Origin: a virus
DNA length: 38,403 nucleotides
Direction: 5' to 3' (one strand)
Virus genome (UHGV): UHGV-0824332
This document shows, in pieces, positions 27,060 to 36,091 of the stretch; the stretch's first letter is position 1; the number at the start of each line of letters is the position of its first letter. The notes below the pieces were generated by a model. That model saw only the letters and a list, made by a program, of their open reading frames with translations. It did no database searches and had not been told where the DNA came from. The position numbers and the translations under genes are program-made.

Positions 27060-27397
27060 ACTATTAATTTCGTTTCATGCCAGCCTTTAGTCACCCAGCA
27101 TTGCGAGTCACCATTACACGGGCATGAATTAACTGGAACTCTCTCGCCGCACTTACCGCAACGTTTTCTGCTGATCGATTTTATACGCCCGCGCACCCGG
27201 GCATCATCCTGGCGGATCAGCAGCGCGATGTACTCGGCCATTTCATAGGGATCTCGACCAGGGCGCCGGGCGGCGCAGTTCCGCTCCAGCATTTCAATTT
27301 CCTGAGCATCAAGCACAATCTCCAGCTTACGTACACCGGATTCAGCTTGTCTGGCTCTCTGAGCGGCTTTGCGCTCTGCTGCTGATTTAGCCATCAA
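27056..27397 (-). CDS. Putative DNA-binding protein with C-terminal zinc ribbon (possible late-gene regulator)
   Basis: 113 aa; basic N-terminus, C-terminal CGKCGERVPVNSCPCNGDSQC; last gene before the terminator and terminase. Confidence 0.45.
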   Translation of the reverse strand: MMAKSAAERKAAQRARQAESGVRKLEIVLDAQEIEMLERNCAARRPGRDPYEMAEYIALLIRQDDARVRGRIKSISRKRCGKCGERVPVNSCPCNGDSQCWVTKGWHETKLIV

Positions 27398-27668
27398 TAT
27401 TCACCTTTATCGCGTACACCTTTACCGGTTTATCGCCGAAGTGCGGATGTGTGATTGTCTTGATTTCATACCCTTCATACGGGACGTCAATTCTTCGACT
27501 GAAGTCGTCGCGCTTCGGATATCCCTTTGTGATAATCAGGCGGTCATACTTACGGTTAACGAGGCGCTTTTTCCAGTAGTCATTACACAGGCGATACTCT
27601 TCCGTTTTCTCTCCTCGAATCATGGCATCGAAGTATTCACCTTTAACGGCAAGTTGCAGGTTAGCCAC
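27387..27668 (-). CDS. ASCH (PUA-like) domain protein
   Basis: 93 aa with GEKTEEYR motif matching the ASCH GxKxxExR signature. Confidence 0.5.
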   Translation of the reverse strand: MANLQLAVKGEYFDAMIRGEKTEEYRLCNDYWKKRLVNRKYDRLIITKGYPKRDDFSRRIDVPYEGYEIKTITHPHFGDKPVKVYAIKVNIDG

Positions 27669-28920
27669 GGTTAACCTCCTGCGGCGGTTCTGGTAGCGGC
27701 ATCCAGTGGGTTACATGTGCCCCGTAATGATTCCAGAACGACGCAACTGGCGCACTGTCTCCATCAGGGACAACCCAGTAATCGTGATGAACTTTATTAT
27801 TAAGCCCATCAAACACCAGATACTCTTTACAACTTCCGGGAATGTTCTCAGGCATTCGCTCACTACAGCTTATCCAACCATCCGGAGTTGCCGGAACTTG
27901 TGGAATGGCTGTCTGCTCTCGAACGTCATTAGGCGCTATAGGTTCTGCTGCCAACTGACTGGCATATTTGTTAATGGTAACGATAAGCTCTTGCTCAGCC
28001 TCATCCAGACAATCACCGATACCTCGCCTGTCACCGTCAAAATCATCGAAATCGGCACGAATCCTGGCAACCTTCAGGATTGCGGACAACACCTCACTAG
28101 GAATTGCCGGATAGTTGGTTGACGTTTCCGCGATTTCCCGAAAATTATTGGTTGACGAATTCTTGTTTTCCCGAAAGTTTCCGGACTGAAGCATGGCGGC
28201 GCGGATTGCAGCGATGACTTCAGAAACTTTGTATGCCATTACCGTTTGGTAATCATCGTGAAAATCTGTTCGATGAAGCATGCTGCTACGTTCCGGGAGC
28301 GATATTTCCCGAGCATCCAGTTCCTTAACGCGTTCCTCCAGTTCGTAGACCCTGCATTGTTCTCTATCATCAATCAGATATAACCCAAGACATTCGCTTT
28401 CTACCCAACCGCCAAAATCATGATCGTAACGCTCACATGAAAACTCACCGTCACCGTCCTTTGTTGGAATGGTGTAACTATCTAATGGGCCACCATATGT
28501 CGGCACATTCCCCAATGTTGGATGCTCAATCCACATGAAAAATGCACGTCCGGTTATTGGGCAAATATCTGGCCGCCATTGGTTACGAACAGCCTTGGTT
28601 TCGGATAATTCTTCAGCGTGTTGTTTTACTTCCTCAAGCTCAACTCTCAGCTTCCCTACCGTTAGCGCAATATCCTCGTTCTCCTGATCGCGGCTTTTGA
28701 TGTATTGCAGGTTTCTTTCCCGTTCATCCAGCAGTGCCAGCACGGTTTCTGGTCCGGTCAGAAATTTGAAGGCGTTGAGCGCATCAATATCCACACCGTA
28801 ATCTTTAAGTTCCTGTTCACTTAACAAGTCATCATCAGCTGGCAACATTAACAGGCGTTCCATTGCTGGAATTGCACGTTCCGCCACCTCACGCAGTGCC
28901 TGGTAATTAATTTCGCTCAC
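27661..28920 (-). CDS. DUF551-containing phage protein
   Basis: 419 aa; C-terminal SERMPENIPG...HWMPLPEPP matches the DUF551 pattern common in lambdoid prophages. Confidence 0.65.
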   Translation of the reverse strand: MSEINYQALREVAERAIPAMERLLMLPADDDLLSEQELKDYGVDIDALNAFKFLTGPETVLALLDERERNLQYIKSRDQENEDIALTVGKLRVELEEVKQHAEELSETKAVRNQWRPDICPITGRAFFMWIEHPTLGNVPTYGGPLDSYTIPTKDGDGEFSCERYDHDFGGWVESECLGLYLIDDREQCRVYELEERVKELDAREISLPERSSMLHRTDFHDDYQTVMAYKVSEVIAAIRAAMLQSGNFRENKNSSTNNFREIAETSTNYPAIPSEVLSAILKVARIRADFDDFDGDRRGIGDCLDEAEQELIVTINKYASQLAAEPIAPNDVREQTAIPQVPATPDGWISCSERMPENIPGSCKEYLVFDGLNNKVHHDYWVVPDGDSAPVASFWNHYGAHVTHWMPLPEPPQEVNRG

Positions 28921-29435
28921 TGGTTGCCTCCTTTGCGAAGTTGGGCAGCAAAGTCAACTAACCACTCAGTCATTTCAACCTTCCCTACCAGGTCTGAACC
29001 AGGGTACATACAGCAATCACTCTGCGCCGCTTTGAAATCCTTATACTCATATTCTTGGGCCACCAGATTTTTTGCAGCTTCTATAGCAGCATCCACCCCC
29101 TGCGCCCGTACTTCAGCCAGAAAAGCATCGGTGGCTGGCATATTTCCTGTTGCCTTCATGGCCTCCAAAATAACCAGAACGCCATCTCGCCCAACCTCCT
29201 CAGCGATAACCTCGGTGTTGTCGCCAACAACATCGCAGAATGCCTGAACTGCCTTACGAGCCAGTTCATTCTCCGCCGCCAGCGCATTAGCACGCACCAG
29301 TTGCACTTCCAGTTGCGTTGCCAAATCGCTGATCAGCTTTGCCACACTACGCATATCAACGGCACCACATTCTGCTTTCAGTTCCGAAGCCATCTCATGC
29401 CCGGCGGCAACTAACCCTTTGATATTACTTTCCAT
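28917..29435 (-). CDS. Ead/Ea22-like early protein
   Basis: 172 aa acidic helical protein typical of lambdoid early-region Ea22-type genes. Confidence 0.55.
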   Translation of the reverse strand: MESNIKGLVAAGHEMASELKAECGAVDMRSVAKLISDLATQLEVQLVRANALAAENELARKAVQAFCDVVGDNTEVIAEEVGRDGVLVILEAMKATGNMPATDAFLAEVRAQGVDAAIEAAKNLVAQEYEYKDFKAAQSDCCMYPGSDLVGKVEMTEWLVDFAAQLRKGGNQ

Positions 29436-29496
29436 CTTTACCCTCGCTTATCCACATAACTTATTGATTACATTGATAACTAAAAAGATCGTCGAT

Positions 29497-30105
29497 TCAT
29501 GCCGATCTATTTTTCATCAGTGATTCATAAAACTTTTGCCACTTATGCCGACCGAAATTAGCCTTCGAGTTACAGCTCGAACAAAGGCAAATAAGGTTCT
29601 CCTGACGACAGTCTTGCTTGTCGTAATTGATGTGATGAGTTGTTAGCCTTTTGTCTGTTCCATCACAACCTGGGTTCTGACAAGTAAAACCATCTCGCTC
29701 AATAACCCTCTTGCTCGTTTCTCGGAAATCCCACGGATACGGCAATCTCGATAATCCACCAGACCAGTTTGGATTTCCTTCCCCCTTCATCAGAGAAGAA
29801 CGCATTATGTTGGAACACTGTTTCGAGCAGCATTTATGACGCTTCTCATGACTCAAGAAAACGGAGAACGAAGATCCGCATACGCAGCATATTTTTAATA
29901 CTCGCTTTAGTTCCCGATTTACCGTCTTGCCTCGCTGTGAAATTCCTACACACTGAAGTGAGCAGAACCTTGAAGATGAGTTGGCTCGCTTAACCTGATA
30001 TTGCCTGCCACATACGGAGCAAACCTTTTCGATTTTCCCACCCTTCCAATTCGGGTTTTTATCACCGGATACAATCAATCCCGCAGCATTGGGCTTCTCG
30101 CTCAT
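29497..30105 (-). CDS. HNH endonuclease
   Basis: Repeated NPNW(K/S)GG motifs with Cys pairs, C-terminal HHINYDKQD...NLICLCSSCNSKAN HNH core. Confidence 0.8.
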   Translation of the reverse strand: MSEKPNAAGLIVSGDKNPNWKGGKIEKVCSVCGRQYQVKRANSSSRFCSLQCVGISQRGKTVNRELKRVLKICCVCGSSFSVFLSHEKRHKCCSKQCSNIMRSSLMKGEGNPNWSGGLSRLPYPWDFRETSKRVIERDGFTCQNPGCDGTDKRLTTHHINYDKQDCRQENLICLCSSCNSKANFGRHKWQKFYESLMKNRSA

Positions 30106-30455
30106 AGTTCCTCAACCTCCCATCCACCACCGAGCTTTTTAGGTTTTGGATAAGCAACCTGAAAGACAAACGGATAGCTGTCTGCCGCAACCTTCATCTT
30201 GACTCTCGCATCGTCAGTAAAGACTGACTTACTTCCCTTAACGTCCACCATCACCAACTGCCCGTCAGCCAACATCACGGCAAAATCTACAGTCAGGAAG
30301 CAGTTGTCAGCTAACCGCAGCTTGATACCCTCGAATCGATACCAGGCGATTTCCCCTGCACGTTTACGCAGCTCAAGGTGCTGGCAATACGCAGATTCTG
30401 TTTTGTTCATCTGGCCTGTTTTGAGTCGACCAAGAGCCTGTATCTGTTTTCTCAT
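30102..30455 (-). CDS. DUF1064 family protein
   Basis: 117 aa; composition and length typical of DUF1064. Confidence 0.6.
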   Translation of the reverse strand: MRKQIQALGRLKTGQMNKTESAYCQHLELRKRAGEIAWYRFEGIKLRLADNCFLTVDFAVMLADGQLVMVDVKGSKSVFTDDARVKMKVAADSYPFVFQVAYPKPKKLGGGWEVEEL

Positions 30456-30458
30456 GAT

Positions 30459-30473
30459 TTACCCCTCAGGTAA
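30459..30473. promoter_or_regulatory. Operator site D, TTACC-CCTCA-GGTAA, 4 bp upstream of the DUF1064 start codon
   Basis: Perfect family palindrome overlapping the RBS region. Confidence 0.5.
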
Positions 30474-30520
30474 TTAAAAACCACATAAGACACGAAATCA
30501 ATAGAGTTTAGAATATTTTA

Positions 30521-30535
30521 TTACCCGACAGGTAA
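30521..30535. promoter_or_regulatory. Operator site E, TTACC-CGACA-GGTAA
   Basis: Perfect family palindrome, 62 bp from site D, between P-like stop and DUF1064 start. Confidence 0.5.
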
Positions 30536-30572
30536 TTATCAAGACGTAAAAAAATGCGCTATCGCGCTGGTA

Positions 30573-31373
30573 TTACTTGATAAATCCTGCCGCCTTTCCC
30601 CGCCTGTATTCCTCCATCAGCCACTGCGCCGGTGTTATTCCCCCCAGGGTAGCGGCGTTAGGCATACACCCGAAACTTCGCCCTGGTGGATGGTAAACGT
30701 CTCTCCCTGTGTCCGGAGGCGTACTCATGGGTTCTGGCTTTGCCTGTATGCTGATCACCGGATCGGGTATCTGCTGTCCGGAAGCCACCTTTTTCGCCCA
30801 ATCATCAAGCAGCCTGCGCGCATGTTTCTCAACCTCAATCTCGCTAAGCTGGCGCTGATACATTGCACGGCGGGTATCACATACGACCCAGTACATAACC
30901 GGATGCCGCCACGGGAATCTTTCGGGACCACCAGGATATAAACTTTTTTCCTTGCTGTACCGGTGAAACTCCGCCATCACATCGTCAATGGTGACGCCAA
31001 GAACCATCTTGCTGTCTTTACACCACTTGATAAATTGCCCTGGCGACGGCCAGAACGGAGATTCACTGGCGCGGGCGTGGCGCATACCAGCAGAAACCTG
31101 TTCACGGGTTCGGATCCCCCCTTCGGCAAACGCAGCAATCCACTGCTGTTTTGCAGCAACTTCCTGCTCTGGCGTCTTCAGGTTGGTTACCACTGCCGCC
31201 GGAAACAGTTGTTTCAGCTGTTTGAAAAGGGCATCAACAAGCCTCTCTGCTGACATGTTCACCACATTGTCATTGTTGACGTACTGATGCTCATAACCTG
31301 ACATGCGAGAAAGGGCTTCTCCGTCATGGTTTTGTATCGCGGTAAAAACGTTGTTCACAAGAAATCCTCCCAC
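30573..31373 (-). CDS. Replication protein P-like (DnaB helicase loader)
   Basis: Matches lambda P (REQVSAGMRHARASESPFWPSPGQFIKWC versus lambda EQVNAGMRVARRQNRPFLPSPGQFVAWC); start uncertain (GTG at 31373 or ATG at 31304). Confidence 0.8.
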   Translation of the reverse strand: MGGFLVNNVFTAIQNHDGEALSRMSGYEHQYVNNDNVVNMSAERLVDALFKQLKQLFPAAVVTNLKTPEQEVAAKQQWIAAFAEGGIRTREQVSAGMRHARASESPFWPSPGQFIKWCKDSKMVLGVTIDDVMAEFHRYSKEKSLYPGGPERFPWRHPVMYWVVCDTRRAMYQRQLSEIEVEKHARRLLDDWAKKVASGQQIPDPVISIQAKPEPMSTPPDTGRDVYHPPGRSFGCMPNAATLGGITPAQWLMEEYRRGKAAGFIK

Positions 31374-32170
31374 GCTTCAGGGCTGTTCCAGTGCGGAACG
31401 TTGTTATCAGGTAATGTTGATTGCTTCTGTCTGCTAATCTGCAGCCGCCTTGCCAGCTTCTGCTCCCACTGTGCCTGATGGTATGCCTTACCCTCAGCCA
31501 TCCAGTAAATTCTGAACTCTGCAAGTTCCTGTGCCGTTGGCAGACTGTCCAGGTAGATCCCCTGCAATGAGCTTTTCCGAAGAAAGTCATCTGATGGCTG
31601 CCATTGTTCATGCATGACAAATTTGCCTAATTGCCCTGGCCCACCAGGAGGAACAAAGTTATTCATCACGGCGTTGTTTGCGCCGGGGTCATGATGCACA
31701 GAATCCCCGTTTTTTGTCCTGCTCTCCCTCTCTTGGTTAAATGACTGGTTATATGACTGGTTCTGGATCCCGTTTTTGGGATCATTCAACATCCCGTTTT
31801 TGGGATCATTCAACATCCCGTTTTTGGGTATATTCCCGTTTTCGGTAACATTACCGTTTTCGGGTTCATTGCCCCCCTCCCGGTTGCCTTTAATATTCCC
31901 GTTTTTGGTTATATTAAGAGAGAAAACCCGCACTCTTTTTGTCGCTCCCTTTCTCTCTCCGGTATCTGAAATAAGCCCCATTTTCATGAGCGATATAAGC
32001 CCGGCCTGCACGGTTTTTTTATTCAGGCAAGTGTCTTTAACGAGGCGTTCTATGCTGGGGTAGCAGAGGTTATATTCATCGGCTCTGTCAGCCATCGAGA
32101 GCAGTATGAGCTTTAATGATGAGCTACCTGGATCTGTCTCCCAGGCCCAATCTGTTGCATGTCTGCTCAT
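31355..32170 (-). CDS. Replication initiator O-like (N-terminal winged HTH, iteron-encoded central repeats, O-type C-terminal domain)
   Basis: 271 aa; central Asn/Gly/Pro repeats encoded by DNA iterons; overlaps P-like gene. Confidence 0.8.
   Translation of the reverse strand: MSRHATDWAWETDPGSSSLKLILLSMADRADEYNLCYPSIERLVKDTCLNKKTVQAGLISLMKMGLISDTGERKGATKRVRVFSLNITKNGNIKGNREGGNEPENGNVTENGNIPKNGMLNDPKNGMLNDPKNGIQNQSYNQSFNQERESRTKNGDSVHHDPGANNAVMNNFVPPGGPGQLGKFVMHEQWQPSDDFLRKSSLQGIYLDSLPTAQELAEFRIYWMAEGKAYHQAQWEQKLARRLQISRQKQSTLPDNNVPHWNSPEAWEDFL
31767..31913. repeat. Replication origin iterons inside the O-like gene (6 copies of ATCCCGTTTTTGGGAT-like repeat)
   Basis: Direct repeats at about 31767, 31791, 31815, 31833, 31851 and 31897 with 24- and 18-bp spacing. 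Confidence 0.75.
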
Positions 32171-32185
32171 GATTAATCTCCGCTA

Positions 32186-32422
32186 TCAGCTTGAGTGTTG
32201 TGGGGAGGAATTAATCATGATCTGCTTAATCTCTGCCCTGATGCGACGGTTTGATTCCATGGTGCACTCAACACAGTGTCCGTTGTAAACCCAGCGTTCA
32301 CTGTCATGTCCATGCTTACATGGTTTTCCGGTGTAGTAGCGTTTAAGTCCGCGCTTTGCGGCATCAATACGTGTAATGATTTCCATGGTAAGCCCTGTTA
32401 TTAGTATTGGGATTACGGTCAT
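32186..32422 (-). CDS. Small Cys/His-rich protein in the cII-equivalent position
   Basis: ORF between Cro-like and O; motif YTGKPCKHGHDSERWVYNGHCVEC; start uncertain. Confidence 0.4.
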   Translation of the reverse strand: MTVIPILITGLTMEIITRIDAAKRGLKRYYTGKPCKHGHDSERWVYNGHCVECTMESNRRIRAEIKQIMINSSPQHSS

Positions 32423-32466
32423 TTTGTGCTGACACAAAAAAAAGATCAACCAGATTTGGTTTTTTA

Positions 32467-32481
32467 TTACCTTTGAGGTAC
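32467..32481. promoter_or_regulatory. Operator-like site F, TTACC-TTTGA-GGTAC
   Basis: Family palindrome with one half-site mismatch. Confidence 0.4.
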
Positions 32482-32495
32482 GAATAGATATGAAA

Positions 32496-32515
32496 AGACC
32501 GCCGGGTGGCGGTCT
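32496..32515 (-). terminator. tR1-like hairpin downstream of Cro-like gene
   Basis: Perfect stem AGACCGCC/GGCGGTCT with GGGT loop, followed on the minus strand by TTTCATAT. Confidence 0.45.
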
Positions 32516-32536
32516 ACAGAGGGTTGTGGCTGGATA

Positions 32537-32767
32537 TCATGAGTAGAAGAAGTATGCCAGTTCTGCTTTTGAGCGCAGCCATTGTCTTGTTTTACAGGCT
32601 TTAAAAAGCCCATTCATCAATACCTTACCTGGCATTTTGCGCTTACCTGTTAAGTGAGTCTGGATATAGTGACTCGTCGTTCCGGCTTCCTGTGCGAAGG
32701 CTTCACGCTCATCCGGAGTAAGTGCAAGCCAGTGCTTTTTGAAATCGAAATGTCCGTTATCGCTCAT
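32537..32767 (-). CDS. Cro-like HTH regulator
   Basis: 76 aa, divergent from the repressor gene across the operator cluster, same orientation as O/P. Confidence 0.6.
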   Translation of the reverse strand: MSDNGHFDFKKHWLALTPDEREAFAQEAGTTSHYIQTHLTGKRKMPGKVLMNGLFKACKTRQWLRSKAELAYFFYS

Positions 32768-32803
32768 AGCTATTGCCTGATATTTATTTCAGATAATAAA
32801 TAT

Positions 32804-32866
32804 TCACCCATAAGGTAACAAAAATCAAGAATAGTTACCTATGAGGTGCATTTACCTGTTGGGTAA
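32804..32866. promoter_or_regulatory. Immunity operator region (OR-like) with three sites G, H, I and divergent promoters
   Basis: TCACC-CATAA-GGTAA (32804-32818), TTACC-TATGA-GGTGC (32835-32849), TTACC-TGTTG-GGTAA (32852-32866) between Cro-like and repressor starts. Confidence 0.6.
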
Positions 32867-32921
32867 TATTGCTTTAAATTGAATCATCTACTGATTCATA
32901 TATGAGGCGATTTTCCAGAAA

Positions 32922-33506
32922 ATGAAAAGTATCCAGGACGTCCGCAGGCAAAATCTCAACGACTTGATCGACCGTGAATTCAATGGTGTTCAGACGCGGA
33001 TGGCAGAAAAACTTGGAACTCAGGCAAATCTGGTAAACCGCTGGGCTCTTGGCAAGAAGGTTATCGGCGACCAGGTTGCGCGAAAAATTGAAGCTGCCGC
33101 CAATAAACCCCGTAACTGGCTTGATATTGATCGTTCGCTTTCTCAGGAGGGTTTTCAGCCTGTCGGCCCGAGCGATATAGGTCAGCTGGCGGCTCACAAC
33201 CTGGAACGCTGGATGAGCGAAAGCCGCGACCTTTCAACACAGGGAAAACTTCACCGCGCATCCGGCGTCGCCCAGGTGACAATCAGCCGTCTGTTAAACA
33301 ATGAGGTCAGCGTTTCCATTTCCACCCTGGAGAATGTTGCATCCGCATTCGGGCGTCACGGATATGAATTACTGATTCACCCGCACGACCCCGCGACTAT
33401 CAACTATGACCGCTCGCGCTACGCATTGTTACCTGAAACAGAGAAGGCAAAGATCGAAAGTTACATTGAATTTGTCATCAACCAGAACGAAAAAAGCAAA
33501 CAATAA
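32922..33506 (+). CDS. CI-like repressor with two HTH (XRE-type) domains and no S24 peptidase domain
   Basis: 194 aa; HTH-like segments around residues 20-60 and 110-150; C-terminus lacks the Ser/Lys peptidase motif region. Confidence 0.7.
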   Translation: MKSIQDVRRQNLNDLIDREFNGVQTRMAEKLGTQANLVNRWALGKKVIGDQVARKIEAAANKPRNWLDIDRSLSQEGFQPVGPSDIGQLAAHNLERWMSESRDLSTQGKLHRASGVAQVTISRLLNNEVSVSISTLENVASAFGRHGYELLIHPHDPATINYDRSRYALLPETEKAKIESYIEFVINQNEKSKQ

Positions 33507-33526
33507 AACTATAGTTTTCAGCAAGT

Positions 33527-33552
33527 AAGCCGCCTTCTGGCGGCTTTTTTAT
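33527..33552 (+). terminator. Rho-independent terminator after repressor gene
   Basis: AAGCCGCC-TTCT-GGCGGCTT followed by TTTTTT. Confidence 0.7.
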
Positions 33553-33563
33553 TGCCAGACAGA

Positions 33564-33640
33564 TTACCTTATGGGTAATTTTTTTAACTCATATCTATTG
33601 ACATCAAACCAGATACGCATAATTATTACCTCAACGGTAA
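33564..33640 (+). promoter_or_regulatory. PL-like early-left promoter with operators J and K
   Basis: TTACC-TTATG-GGTAA (33564-33578), -35 TTGACA (33598-33603), TTACC-TCAAC-GGTAA (33626-33640) over the -10/+1 region. Confidence 0.55.
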
Positions 33641-33659
33641 CAGACCGAGGTGACAAGTT

Positions 33660-33812
33660 ATGCAGTGGAAAATCATCAACGGTTGGTACTGCGTTACTGC
33701 ATGCGGATTCATGAGCTGGAAGTTCCGCACCTTACAGGAAGGCATTAAGTGGGCTTTCGTCAGCAAAGAAGCTCGCGATGTAGCCAACGATAACGAGATA
33801 TGGGAGGGCTGA
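33660..33812 (+). CDS. Hypothetical small protein, first gene of early-left operon
   Basis: 50-aa ORF with GAGG RBS; below the size cut-off of the supplied ORF track. Confidence 0.35.
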   Translation: MQWKIINGWYCVTACGFMSWKFRTLQEGIKWAFVSKEARDVANDNEIWEG

Positions 33813-33814
33813 TA

Positions 33815-34114
33815 ATGAACGTTAATCAGCAGAAAAATCTTCAAAAAATCATGCTGGCATTCGACAAGGACTACCGCCTGTCAGAACAGCTATATGACCG
33901 ACAAGTTGAACTGATCGAGAGCATCCGGCTTCATCAACTAGCCTCCACTTTCGACGCTGTAACAGGTAAAGGCGTTCGCCAGGAAGTACTGGAGGCCGCT
34001 AAAGACAGTCCAGAGTTCGAAGAACTGATGGATTCCTACCGGCGCGAGGCAATGGCAATTATCGCCCGCTGGGATCTGGCTGATCAGCTTGATGGGCAGA
34101 GGGACGCGGCATGA
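33815..34114 (+). CDS. Hypothetical early protein
   Basis: ATG at 33815 preceded by GGGAGGG; 99 aa. Confidence 0.5.
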   Translation: MNVNQQKNLQKIMLAFDKDYRLSEQLYDRQVELIESIRLHQLASTFDAVTGKGVRQEVLEAAKDSPEFEELMDSYRREAMAIIARWDLADQLDGQRDAA

Positions 34115-35010
34115 TGCGGAACGCTGGAATCATGGATAGAACAAAATACATCGGAGGAAGCGATGTTGCAGGGATTCTTGGAATTAGCCCATGGCGCACC
34201 CCGCTTGAGGTTTATCTGGATAAGGTCCAGCCACGTGTCAAACCAGTAGACCCAAGCAAACAGAAAGTTTTCACGCGTGGCCAGCGTATGGAGCCATACG
34301 TAATAGACCTGCTTTCTGAGGAAACAGGGATGGAAATCGTTCATCGCGGAAACCGCTATATCCACCGTGATTACGATTTTATTGCAGCTGAGATCGATGC
34401 AGAAGCAGCGTCAGGCGAGAACATTGAGATCAAAACAGTTAGTCCGTTCAAAGCCAAAGAATGGGGAGAAATCCAGACAGATGCAATTCCTGTGCATTAC
34501 ACGGCCCAGGCCATGCACGGGTTGATGGTTACAAACAAACAGGTATGCGTTTTCGGTGTGCTTATCGGTGGCGACGACTTCCGAATCTATCGGGTTGAGC
34601 GTGATGAAGAAACTATCCAAGCGATCTTAGAAAAAGAAATCGCTTTCTGGGACCGAGTGAAAAATCTTAACCCGCCGGAAGCTACCAGCGTAAGCGATGT
34701 ATCGCTGATGTTTGAGAAAGATGCCGGGACAAGTATCGAGGCTGACGGAAAGGCACTCGCACTATTCAACGCTCTACGAGACATGAAGTCACGCAGAAAA
34801 TCACTGGAAGAAGAAATAGCTATATCAGAAGAGAAGCTGAAGATGTACATGCAAGAGCACTCAGTCCTGACCCTGGACGGAAAGCCGCTCTGCACATGGA
34901 AATCTCAGATCAGCAACAGATTCGACCAGAAGCTATTCCAGTCAGTACACCCTGAGTTATTCGAAAAATTCAAAACAACAACGACACAACGCGTCTTCAG
35001 AATGAAGTAA
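34111..35010 (+). CDS. YqaJ-type viral recombinase exonuclease
   Basis: N-terminal YIGGSDVAGILGISPWRTPLEVYLDK is the YqaJ signature; paired with RecT. Confidence 0.85.
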   Translation: MMRNAGIMDRTKYIGGSDVAGILGISPWRTPLEVYLDKVQPRVKPVDPSKQKVFTRGQRMEPYVIDLLSEETGMEIVHRGNRYIHRDYDFIAAEIDAEAASGENIEIKTVSPFKAKEWGEIQTDAIPVHYTAQAMHGLMVTNKQVCVFGVLIGGDDFRIYRVERDEETIQAILEKEIAFWDRVKNLNPPEATSVSDVSLMFEKDAGTSIEADGKALALFNALRDMKSRRKSLEEEIAISEEKLKMYMQEHSVLTLDGKPLCTWKSQISNRFDQKLFQSVHPELFEKFKTTTTQRVFRMK

Positions 35011-35019
35011 GGAGAAAAA

Positions 35020-36042
35020 ATGTCTATCAATGCACTTAAGGCAGCGGCTACCGGTAACCAAGTTGCACATCATAATGAGAAACCAACAACTCTGGCCGGA
35101 CTTCTGGCAGATCCCAAAATTAAAGCTCAGATGGCTTTGGCACTTCCAAAGCACATGACAGCAGACCGTCTGGCGCGCATAGCAACCACAGAGATCCGAA
35201 AGGTTCCAAAACTTGCATCATGCGACCAAGCCAGCTTCCTGGGGGCAATTATGCAATGTGCCCAATTGGGTCTTGAACCAGGCGGAGCTCTTGGACACGC
35301 TTACCTGATACCGTTCGACAAACGCCAGAAAGTAAATGGAAGATGGGAAACCGTATCTACAGAAGCACAGCTGATTATCGGCTATCGCGGAATGATTGAC
35401 CTTGCCCGCCGCTCTGGGCAGATCCTGAGTATCTCGGCTCGTACCGTACATACAAACGACAAATTCAGCTACTCATACGGCCTGGAAGAAACGCTCGAGC
35501 ATTTACCTTGCGAAACAGGTGACCGCGGAGAATTAACGCACGTTTACGCCGTTGCACGACTGAAAGATGGCGGAGTCCAATTTGAAGTTATGAGCCGGGC
35601 AGACGTTGAGAAAGTTCGTGCACTGAGCAAAGCCGGTAGCAGTGGCCCATGGGTTGATCACTTCGATGAGATGGCTAAAAAAACAGTAATTCGCCGACTG
35701 TTCAAATATCTTCCTGTTTCTATTGAAATGCAGAAGGCTGTTGTTATGGATGAGCGCGCTGAAGCTGGACTTAGCCAAGATAACGCAGCTGTTATCACTG
35801 GTGAATATTCCGTAGTTGACGATGAGCGTCAACACCTATCGCCAATTTCAGATTCAGAACGAGAAGAAGCTCGAGAATATATCATCGCGATACTTAATAG
35901 CCTGGATCCATCTGCTGAAGATGCAAAAACGATGTTCAAGCGCGCTGAAAATGAAATTAACACTATGGCTGAAAAGCTCGGTGATGAATATCACCAAAAA
36001 TTCATGATGACGCTTAACGATATGCGTCCAGAATTCGAGTAA
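35020..36042 (+). CDS. RecT-family single-strand annealing protein
   Basis: 340 aa with RecT-like core (LIIGYRGMIDLARRSGQ) directly downstream of the exonuclease. Confidence 0.85.
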   Translation: MSINALKAAATGNQVAHHNEKPTTLAGLLADPKIKAQMALALPKHMTADRLARIATTEIRKVPKLASCDQASFLGAIMQCAQLGLEPGGALGHAYLIPFDKRQKVNGRWETVSTEAQLIIGYRGMIDLARRSGQILSISARTVHTNDKFSYSYGLEETLEHLPCETGDRGELTHVYAVARLKDGGVQFEVMSRADVEKVRALSKAGSSGPWVDHFDEMAKKTVIRRLFKYLPVSIEMQKAVVMDERAEAGLSQDNAAVITGEYSVVDDERQHLSPISDSEREEAREYIIAILNSLDPSAEDAKTMFKRAENEINTMAEKLGDEYHQKFMMTLNDMRPEFE

Positions 36043-36091
36043 CCACCACCGCGGCGCCACGCGCGCCGCACTGCAACCAAGAGAGGTATTT

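Noticed and set aside
32186-32449. Calling the small Cys/His protein CII, or any gene an N or Q antiterminator
   Set aside because: No sequence resemblance to lambda CII, N or Q was recognisable; position alone is insufficient.
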